27,804 nucleotides of DNA from a virus (taxonomy: Duplodnaviria; Caudoviricetes). Below, one piece after another: positions 17,467-24,914 of the stretch. The translations under genes and the position numbers were made by a program. Location: positions 1 to 27,804 of IMG/VR virus record IMGVR_UViG_3300032218_001620, one strand, 5' to 3'. Under the pieces are notes generated by a model. It worked only from the letters and a program-made list of their open reading frames with translations, did not search any database and had not been told where the DNA came from. Position 1 is the first letter of the stretch; every line of letters starts with the position of its first letter.

Positions 17467-18733
17467 TGGCTGTCCACCTACAAATCATTAAGTTGCAAGG
17501 ATTGCTTTCGTCAATCTTTTGCGGCACATCTGTAATTGCACCTTGCTCGTTGATGTAGTTAAACTCAAAGCCAGGGAAGTGGCGCTCGTTTAATCCATGC
17601 AACTTGTGATGTGGTCCCCAGAAGCCTGGTGGCTCATTCATTGGTACTGTAATCAATAGACGCTTGCAGTGCTTCTTTAACTTCTCAACAATTTCCATGC
17701 CAGTGTCAAGATGCTCAATTACCTCAAATGCCACGATGGTGTCGTACTGCTCAAGCTCGTAGGTGTTAATATCGCACCACTCAAACTTAGCGTTGTAGCC
17801 CCAGTCTTGCTCCTTGGCTACTTCTACAATGATTGGATCGTAGTCTACGCCAGTGTACTCAATGTCCTTTGGAAAGAACTGAATGCCGTATCCATCTGAA
17901 CAACCAATCTCTAAAATCTTTTTACCGAGCAGATTTTGTGCTGCCCAGTTGTATCTTGTAACTTCACGCGGGTATACTGTGTCGCCCTTGAGGAATACTG
18001 CTCGCTCCCAAAAGTTTGATAAGCGCCAGCGGTACCACTCCATGTTGTACTTCTTGGCTAACTTTAACGAGTTTAGCAAGAAGATGTTGTCCCAGCCCTG
18101 TACCAAGTTGGCGTCGTGCATGGTGCCTTCGCCCTTGTGGTAGATTGGAAAACCACCGGTGTACTGGGTTCCGTCCCACAACTTTTCAAACACTTCTAGT
18201 ACCTTAAATCCAGCGTTTTCTGCTTCGATGCAAAACTCGGTGTCTTCACCACCACCTACTCCATACTCTTCGTTTAAGAGTCCGATCTTGTCAAATACTT
18301 TTTTGTGTATCATTACACAAAAAAATACTAAAAAGGGTCTGCCAGCCGGCTCAGAGTTACCCTTGATAATTCCAGAGATGCCGCAGTCTGGGTCACTAAA
18401 CGGCTTGTTTAAAATGTCAAGCCACTGGTTTGTGCTCTGTTCTAGCAGGATCGTGTCATTATTTAGCAGGATAATCTTCTCTGCTGTAGCGTACCGAATT
18501 GCCTCGTTGTTTGCTCTGGAGTAGCCTAGTGGTTCGTCCGCCCAAACAACTTTTAAATCTGGTATTGCAGTTACTAGGTAATCTAAGTACGCCTTCGTGT
18601 TGTCTGTGCAGCCATTTGCACTAATAATTAGCTCAATGTCTTCCAGATTTGTGTACTTAATTATCGAGTCTACACACGGTTTTAAGTACTTCTCGCAGTT
18701 ATTGTACGTCGGTATTACTACGCTATATTTCAT
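17459..18733 (-). CDS. GT2 glycosyltransferase fused to class I SAM-dependent methyltransferase
   Basis: SVVIPTYN, ANGCTD, LLNNDT, EDTEFC (GT2); ILEIGCSDGYG, GVDYD, YDTIVAFEVIEH, LLITVP (methyltransferase). Confidence 0.9.
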   Translation of the reverse strand: MKYSVVIPTYNNCEKYLKPCVDSIIKYTNLEDIELIISANGCTDNTKAYLDYLVTAIPDLKVVWADEPLGYSRANNEAIRYATAEKIILLNNDTILLEQSTNQWLDILNKPFSDPDCGISGIIKGNSEPAGRPFLVFFCVMIHKKVFDKIGLLNEEYGVGGGEDTEFCIEAENAGFKVLEVFEKLWDGTQYTGGFPIYHKGEGTMHDANLVQGWDNIFLLNSLKLAKKYNMEWYRWRLSNFWERAVFLKGDTVYPREVTRYNWAAQNLLGKKILEIGCSDGYGIQFFPKDIEYTGVDYDPIIVEVAKEQDWGYNAKFEWCDINTYELEQYDTIVAFEVIEHLDTGMEIVEKLKKHCKRLLITVPMNEPPGFWGPHHKLHGLNERHFPGFEFNYINEQGAITDVPQKIDESNPCNLMICRWTASE

Positions 18734-18767
18734 GTTTTCCTTAAAGTTCGTACGAACCTATATTGTA

Positions 18768-18809
18768 CTACACCTACTAATACGCAAATAAACTAAATCT
18801 TGGCCTAAA
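18768..18809 (-). promoter_or_regulatory. Putative phage promoter motif, copy 2
   Basis: Minus strand TTTAGG-N20-GTATTAGTAGGTGTAG in the gap upstream of the glycosyltransferase genes. Confidence 0.7.
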
Positions 18810-21800
18810 TTATACAATAACCCAAGTTGCTGTAGTGTCTATTGTTACCGTTACACTAGTATTAATGGTAATTGGTCCAGCGCTCATTAAGTTATAGTTT
18901 GCTGGGGATGTATAGTTTGCAGCAACAGTAGTAGAGTTTAAAATAAATGGGGTTGTTGCTTGCAATACTGGAGCTGTTAAAACACCCGGAGCCGATGGGT
19001 TAAAGTACATTGCGTTGGTACTAGAACCCGTAGCTGTTTGGTTAGATCCAGTTGCTGCTACTCCAACAATATAAAAGTTGCTGTTTGCTGTGCTGTTTGT
19101 AGCGTTAATAGTAGTAGAAGGACCTGCTGATCCAGAGTAACCACTAAAGCCTGATGTACCGGTTGCTCCGCTAAATCCAGAGAATCCCGATGTGCCGACA
19201 GAGCCATTAGTGCCAGAGTAACCAGAGAATCCTGATGTACCGACAGAGCCATTAGTTCCACTGTAGCCAGAGTATCCTGACGTACCGTTGGTGCCGTTGA
19301 TGCCAGAATAGCCTGATGTGCCGTTGGTGCCGTTAGTGCCAGAGTAACCACTACGCCCACTATAGCCAGAGATACCAGAACCACTATAGCCAGAGATACC
19401 AGAAGCGCCAGAAGTACCGCTATATCCAGATATACCAGATCCACTATAGCCAGAGATACCACTAAAACCAGATATGCCGCTAAAGCCAGAGATACCAGAA
19501 CCACTATAGCCAGAGATACCACTGAAGCCGCTATATCCAGAAATGCCGCTAAAGCCAGAAATACCAGAACCACTATAGCCAGAGATACCACTGTAGCCAG
19601 AGATGCCTGAGAAGCCACTAAAACCACTTACACCAGATCCACTATAGCCAGAAATACCAGAGAAACCACTATAACCAGATGTGCCGTTTGTACCAGTACC
19701 GCCGCTGTAGCCAGAAAAACCGCTGTAGCCAGAGATACCAGATCCACTGTAGCCAGAGATGCCACTGAAGCCAGAGATACCAGAGGCACCAGAAGTACCG
19801 CTGTAGCCAGAGGCACCAGAGGCACCAGAAGTACCGCTGTAGCCAGAGGTACCAGAGGCACCACTATAGCCAGAAATACCAGAAGCACCAGAAGTGCCAC
19901 TGTAGCCAGAAATACCAGAGAAGCCGCTGTAGCCAGAGATGCCAGAAAAGCCAGATGTTCCCGAATATCCAGAGTATCCAGAGAAACCAGAGAAACCTGA
20001 AACACCTTTTGTAACAGCAAAAATTACAGATAAGTTATTTGCAAATCCTGTTGTTCCAGTTCCACCTGATGAAACAAGTGAAACTGGATAAGTCCAATAA
20101 CTATTAGCAGTATTTGGATTAACATTGGTTGGGGTGCTTGTTATTGTAAAAGTTTGATAATTTCCGCTTGTATTTCTATCTTGAATGGTAAAGTTTTCAC
20201 CAACATTTAAAAGTGCCAAGAAAATATCAATGTCTGTGCCAGTTTGATCTTGATGATTTACATTAATCTGTGTTGCACTTGTTTGAGTCGCATTGTTATA
20301 CAGTAAATATCCAGCAGATGGTTGACCGCTATAAATAGTTGTATTTACTTTATACAAAAATGAACTAGATGACGCACCTTGTGTTCCGCTGTAGCCAGAA
20401 ATACCAGAAAAACCACTGTAGCCAGAAATACCAGAGTCACCGCTGTAACCAGAAATACCGCTATATCCAGAAAAACCACTGTAGCCACTGATACCAGAAA
20501 AGCCACTATAGCCAGAGATACCGCTATATCCAGAAACACCAGAACCGCTGTAACCAGAAACACCAGAACCGCTATAACCGCTTATGCCAGAGTCGCCACT
20601 GTAGCCAGAAATACCAGAGTCGCCACTGTAGCCAGAAATACCGCTATAACCACTAATACCAGAATCACCAGACCAGCCAGAAGTACCACTGTAACCTGAA
20701 AAACCACTTATGCCAGAGAAACCACTGATACCGTTTGCAATAGCAAAGATAATGTCTTGGTCATTAATAAAGCCAGGGATTGTGCCTGTTCCAGCGGAAC
20801 TGACTAAAGAAACAGGAATACTCCAATAAGTTCCAAAGCTGGTAGGCGAACCAGTAATTACCCAAGTCTGTGAATTAGCGCTGTTTGTTTGGTCTTGAAT
20901 GACAAACTCTTCAGTCGTTGCAAGCAACGCCAAGAAAACACTAATGTCAACACCATTTGCTGCAATACTACTAACGTTAATTTGTGTTGCGCTAGTTTGT
21001 AATGCGTTATTCCAAAGTAAGTAATCCGAACCTGGATCACCACTGTTAATTATTGTATTGGCTTTGTAAAAGTAGTAATTGCTAGATATTCCACTTGCGC
21101 CAGACCAACCAGAAATACCAGAGTCACCAGACCAGCCAGAAATGCCCGAGAAACCGCTGTAGCCAGATATACCAGAGTCACCAGACCAGCCAGAGATACC
21201 CGAGAAACCGCTGTAGCCAGAGATACCAGAGTCGCCAGACCAACCAGAAATACCAGAGTCTCCAGACCAGCCAGAGATACCCGAGAAGCCACTGTAGCCA
21301 GAAATACCACTGTCGCCAGACCAACCAGAAATACCAGAGTCTCCAGACCAGCCAGAAATACCACTGTCGCCAGACCAACCAGAAATACCAGACCAACCGC
21401 TATAACCAGAGATACCCGACCAGCCACTAAAGCCGGAAATACCAGAGAAACCAGAGAAACCAGAAATGCCGCTTGATCCTGAAGGACCTACAATTTGTCC
21501 AACGTTAACCCAAGTAGCACCATCCCAAACATATAAGTCGCCGTTGGATTCTACAATGTACGCGTCGTTCGGTTGGTTGCCCGTAGGCGGTAAATCGGAA
21601 GGATTTGCTACAGTACCCTTAATGTTAATGCTGGTACCTTGCTGACCACTAAAACCGCTGAAACCACTAATGCCTTGCTCGCCACTAAAGCCAGATATGC
21701 CAGAATCGCCAGACATACCACTGTCGCCACTAAAGCCCGACGTACCGCTGTATCCGCTGATACCAGAGCCACTAAAGCCAGAGGTGCCAGATGCACCGCT

Positions 21801-22355
21801 AAAACCAGAATAACCAGACTTACCACTGTAGCCAGAAATACCAGACGTACCGCTATAGCCTGACTTACCACTAAAGCCAGAGGTTCCGCTGTAACCAGAA
21901 GAGCCTGTTGCTCCAATGTGTCCAGAGTAACCAGATGTACCGCTGTAACCAGACACGCCAGAACCAGAGTAACCGCTTTGACCAACACGACCGCTGTAGC
22001 CAGAAATACCACTGTAGCCAGAGATACCAGAGTAACCAGATGTGCCAGTTACATGACCTGCGTTAAGTAAATTGCCGTTTGTTTCAACAAAAATTAAGTC
22101 GCCATTGCCATCAATGTAAGCATCGGTAAAACCTGGAATTGGTCCGATAGTAGATGTAGTGCCGTCACTATAATAAAAAATAATATAGTAATCGGGTGTC
22201 ATTGCAACGTTGGTAATTAATTTACCAGGTGACGCAGCATTAGCGATCTGTGAAACAGTCGCTTGCTTTGTAATTCCGTGCTGTACTACTACTGTTTGCT
22301 CTTCGCCTGTTAGGCTCAATGCAACTGGTAGTTGAGTTATCGGTAAATTAGCCAT
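18810..22355 (-). CDS. Fibre protein 1 with four (Gly-X-Ser)n collagen-like tracts separated by globular domains
   Basis: 1181 aa: N-terminal ITQLP...VVQ.G.T attachment-type motif, GXS tracts at ~21640-22048, ~21088-21485, ~20380-20733, ~19125-20003, C-terminal MSAGPITI...WVIV. Confidence 0.85.
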   Translation of the reverse strand: MANLPITQLPVALSLTGEEQTVVVQHGITKQATVSQIANAASPGKLITNVAMTPDYYIIFYYSDGTTSTIGPIPGFTDAYIDGNGDLIFVETNGNLLNAGHVTGTSGYSGISGYSGISGYSGRVGQSGYSGSGVSGYSGTSGYSGHIGATGSSGYSGTSGFSGKSGYSGTSGISGYSGKSGYSGFSGASGTSGFSGSGISGYSGTSGFSGDSGMSGDSGISGFSGEQGISGFSGFSGQQGTSINIKGTVANPSDLPPTGNQPNDAYIVESNGDLYVWDGATWVNVGQIVGPSGSSGISGFSGFSGISGFSGWSGISGYSGWSGISGWSGDSGISGWSGDSGISGWSGDSGISGYSGFSGISGWSGDSGISGWSGDSGISGYSGFSGISGWSGDSGISGYSGFSGISGWSGDSGISGWSGASGISSNYYFYKANTIINSGDPGSDYLLWNNALQTSATQINVSSIAANGVDISVFLALLATTEEFVIQDQTNSANSQTWVITGSPTSFGTYWSIPVSLVSSAGTGTIPGFINDQDIIFAIANGISGFSGISGFSGYSGTSGWSGDSGISGYSGISGYSGDSGISGYSGDSGISGYSGSGVSGYSGSGVSGYSGISGYSGFSGISGYSGFSGYSGISGYSGDSGISGYSGFSGISGYSGTQGASSSSFLYKVNTTIYSGQPSAGYLLYNNATQTSATQINVNHQDQTGTDIDIFLALLNVGENFTIQDRNTSGNYQTFTITSTPTNVNPNTANSYWTYPVSLVSSGGTGTTGFANNLSVIFAVTKGVSGFSGFSGYSGYSGTSGFSGISGYSGFSGISGYSGTSGASGISGYSGASGTSGYSGTSGASGASGYSGTSGASGISGFSGISGYSGSGISGYSGFSGYSGGTGTNGTSGYSGFSGISGYSGSGVSGFSGFSGISGYSGISGYSGSGISGFSGISGYSGFSGISGYSGSGISGFSGISGFSGISGYSGSGISGYSGTSGASGISGYSGSGISGYSGRSGYSGTNGTNGTSGYSGINGTNGTSGYSGYSGTNGSVGTSGFSGYSGTNGSVGTSGFSGFSGATGTSGFSGYSGSAGPSTTINATNSTANSNFYIVGVAATGSNQTATGSSTNAMYFNPSAPGVLTAPVLQATTPFILNSTTVAANYTSPANYNLMSAGPITINTSVTVTIDTTATWVIV

Positions 22356-22360
22356 TTATT

Positions 22361-22984
22361 TTAAGTATAGGTAAAGGCGCCGTGAGACGTTGCTGTTCCA
22401 TAAGTGGATGCCACTGAAACGTCTACAATACCAGTAACATCGTACGCAGGTGATGTTGCTGTAATTTCTGTAGGGCTATTAATTACGAATGTCGCAATGT
22501 TTCCACCAAATCTAACGGTTATTACGCTACTAAAATTAGCGCCTATGATTGTTACGCTTGTGCCACCAGCTTGTGGGCCAGAGGGTGGGCTAACGCCGTA
22601 GATGAATGGATTTAATGGGGGTGGTGCTGATATGAATTGACTTGCTAAATTCAAGTTGCCAGGCGCTCCGGCTTGGCCGTATGGTGCGCCTTCAATGTAT
22701 AAATTGTTGTACTGCACATTGTTGTTTGGTGCGCCCTCTGTGTCCATCTGATTTCTTGGTAAGCCAAGGTTTACATCTGGACGTGGAAAACGCAATGCAA
22801 TATTTTCTGTTTGAATCGCAGGCAAACGCCACGGATCAAAATTATCTTTATCTTCTTTGCAAACTCTCATGCCAGGAAAGTTAGGGTCCGGCATGAGGTC
22901 GACATAGGGGAACTTTCTGTTGCAGCGATCACAGACCGCTACAGAAAGTACACTGTTACCTCGAGTATCGAGGTAAACGGGCAT
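22361..22984 (-). CDS. Cys-motif protein fused to C-terminal IPT/TIG Ig-like domain
   Basis: N-terminal CDRC...C; C-terminal P.I.GVSP.SGP.AGGT.VTI.G.NF....V.FG...S.TEITA.SP...G.VDVSV...FTY is the IPT/TIG pattern. Confidence 0.8.
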   Translation of the reverse strand: MPVYLDTRGNSVLSVAVCDRCNRKFPYVDLMPDPNFPGMRVCKEDKDNFDPWRLPAIQTENIALRFPRPDVNLGLPRNQMDTEGAPNNNVQYNNLYIEGAPYGQAGAPGNLNLASQFISAPPPLNPFIYGVSPPSGPQAGGTSVTIIGANFSSVITVRFGGNIATFVINSPTEITATSPAYDVTGIVDVSVASTYGTATSHGAFTYT

Positions 22985-23301
22985 TACAACGCTCCGACTT
23001 GTATTACAGTAAGTGTATCACCTTCGGCTGCGCCATTTAAGCGAACTGCTCTAAATGGTTCTGGAGTAAATCCGCTGCTACCTGTTACCCAAACATAATC
23101 GGCTTCTACAAACTTACCGTTTACAAATGGATATGGGTCAGTTACTGAATACTCAAAGGTACCACTGTATCCAGATATACCACCGTTTGCAACGATGTTA
23201 AATTGGTTTGGTGCAATGTACTGGTCAACAACGACAGGAACGGTTTGAAACCCGCCACCGCTGTAGCCAGAAAGTCCTGCTGTTACTGTTATCTCTCTCA
23301 T
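22984..23301 (-). CDS. Small beta-rich virion protein
   Basis: 105 aa, GGAG RBS, contains two SGYSG motifs. Confidence 0.7.
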   Translation of the reverse strand: MREITVTAGLSGYSGGGFQTVPVVVDQYIAPNQFNIVANGGISGYSGTFEYSVTDPYPFVNGKFVEADYVWVTGSSGFTPEPFRAVRLNGAAEGDTLTVIQVGAL

Positions 23302-23319
23302 AATTAATCTCCAAAAATG

Positions 23320-23341
23320 TTAAACAAGGGGCCGTAGCCCC
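23320..23341 (-). terminator. GC hairpin with UACG tetraloop and short U-rich tail
   Basis: Minus strand GGGGC-TACG-GCCCC-TTGTTTA, just after the stop at 23352. Confidence 0.6.
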
Positions 23342-23351
23342 GTGGAGTTAA

Positions 23352-23786
23352 TTAATCGTTAGGGGCAAAGGATGAAATGATTGCGCCCCAAGGAGCGGCT
23401 TGATTACCATTTCCACCCCATTGAACTGCAGTGCCAGTAGCGCAATCAACACCAGCTGAAGAGCCATTAACTAATTGACCATCGTAGCCTCTTACTACAG
23501 CAACATGCGAGCCGTAGTTGTATACAGAACCTTTTGCGCCGTTGTAACGTGCGTCAGCAGGTTGATTTTGACCGTAAGCTAAAGAAAATACACCGCTTTC
23601 AACTTGTGGTAATACTAAAGAAAAGTCGGTAGTTGGGCCGCCATCTGCTGTAGAAAGAACGATATAGTTGCCTGTTGCAGAGATATTAACTGCGCCGTCA
23701 ACGATGTCTGTTGCGAAAATATAAGTTACTGGCTCAACGAAACCTGCAAGAGATCTAACTGGGCCTGAGAATGTGGTGAATGACAT
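23352..23786 (-). CDS. Post-capsid structural protein (MSFTTFSGPVRS...), possible head fibre/decoration
   Basis: Start reassigned to ATG at 23786; the longer track ORF would run through the promoter motif. 144 aa, beta-rich. Confidence 0.7.
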   Translation of the reverse strand: MSFTTFSGPVRSLAGFVEPVTYIFATDIVDGAVNISATGNYIVLSTADGGPTTDFSLVLPQVESGVFSLAYGQNQPADARYNGAKGSVYNYGSHVAVVRGYDGQLVNGSSAGVDCATGTAVQWGGNGNQAAPWGAIISSFAPND

Positions 23787-23874
23787 GATTTGTTTCCATT
23801 TCTTAGTGGGTGTCCTGTCTGTCTCTAAGTCGTCATACCGGGAAGGGGCGGTAGTCAGAACAGGATGAATCTTC

Positions 23875-23916
23875 CTATAACTACTTATGCAACTTTTTAG
23901 CAAAAAATGCCCTAAA
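23875..23916 (-). promoter_or_regulatory. Putative phage promoter motif, copy 3
   Basis: Minus strand TTTAGG-N20-GCATAAGTAGTTATAG, directly downstream of the capsid terminator. Confidence 0.7.
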
Positions 23917-23920
23917 AAGT

Positions 23921-23950
23921 AAAAAACCCTAGGGTTTTATTCCTAGGGTT
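23921..23950 (-). terminator. Rho-independent terminator after major capsid gene
   Basis: Minus strand AACCCTAGG-aataaaac-CCTAGGGTT followed by a T-run. Confidence 0.8.
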
Positions 23951-23978
23951 CCAAATGCCTACTTTTGGTAGTTTTTGA

Positions 23979-24896
23979 TTAAACGCCGGCTGTACCGAAA
24001 ATGTTACGCGCATCGTGCCAACCTGTAGCATAACGCTCAGTAGCCTTGTAACGCATAGAGTCAGTCTCGAAATCACCTTCCATGGATTTCTCCATTGGAC
24101 GACGCATTACGAGCATTAGACCATTATCGCAATCGGTCTGAATCCACCAAGCCTTAGTAGAAGACAAACGGGTCACAACGTGAGCACCTTTTGGCAACAT
24201 ACCAGTGGATTTGATAGGGTTCAAATCGTTGTCGGCTGTACCAGAACGGAGAACCGACTTCAGAATTACTTCTGATTGGAACTCGAGTGCTGGAGGAACA
24301 ACCAACTGCTCAGCGCGCAAACGAATACGCTTACCGTTGTTGTCGATTGCAGAGCGAATCTGAATCAACATCTGCTCAACAGAAGTCTGTGAGAGAGCGG
24401 CAGGTGTAGACAGTGCATTGCTGTATGTCAAACCGTTAGCAACAGGGTGTGCTGTGTTGACCAATGTTACGCCATCGCCACCGACATAGCCAGGTGTGAA
24501 AGCGAAATTGAGCAAGTTAGCGCACAATGTTTCTTTGGTTTCAATCATTGACTGAGCGAGGTGCTTAGCAAATGTTGAGCCGATACGGATGTGATCGCCG
24601 TCTTCCATCAAAACCTTAGTCAAGGCATAAGCCAAGCCATAGATTTGGTAGATGAATCGGGTGATGTACAATGTACCGCCCTGATCGTAGCTTACTGGAG
24701 TGCCGTCAGGCATTGCAGGAGCTGCGTTCATACCATAAAGCATTACTTCTTCGTGGTAGTTACGTGGAATACCTTGGATCTGATCTACAAATCCCTTCCA
24801 CTCATCGGCGCGTTGTTCGTATACGCCATCAAAGACTTCGTTGATAATCGGTTCGACTACCGCACGAAAGTCGGTACTACGCATTGGGGTTGCCAT
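23979..24896 (-). CDS. Major capsid protein (HK97 fold, Mu gpT-like family)
   Basis: 305 aa; GGDGVTL.NTAHP, LVVPPALE, DFET..MRYKATERY..GW.D.R..FG pattern; follows scaffold and decoration genes and is followed by a terminator. Confidence 0.85.
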   Translation of the reverse strand: MATPMRSTDFRAVVEPIINEVFDGVYEQRADEWKGFVDQIQGIPRNYHEEVMLYGMNAAPAMPDGTPVSYDQGGTLYITRFIYQIYGLAYALTKVLMEDGDHIRIGSTFAKHLAQSMIETKETLCANLLNFAFTPGYVGGDGVTLVNTAHPVANGLTYSNALSTPAALSQTSVEQMLIQIRSAIDNNGKRIRLRAEQLVVPPALEFQSEVILKSVLRSGTADNDLNPIKSTGMLPKGAHVVTRLSSTKAWWIQTDCDNGLMLVMRRPMEKSMEGDFETDSMRYKATERYATGWHDARNIFGTAGV

Positions 24897-24914
24897 AGCT
24901 ATTTCCTTTCGTTA

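Noticed and set aside
19058-22012. Alternate-frame hydrophobic or Trp-rich ORFs within fibre 1 (also 15301-15831 in fibre 2)
   Set aside because: Expected by-products of GXS codon periodicity, which depletes stop codons in other frames; no independent start signals.
15392-22048. Diversity-generating retroelement template/variable repeat pair
   Set aside because: No reverse transcriptase in the window; differences between the shared repeats are synonymous third-position changes within low-complexity tracts, not a variable C-terminal domain.
23787-23903. N-terminal extension of the 183-aa track ORF
   Set aside because: Starts at a non-ATG codon inside the promoter motif with no RBS; ATG at 23786 is more plausible.
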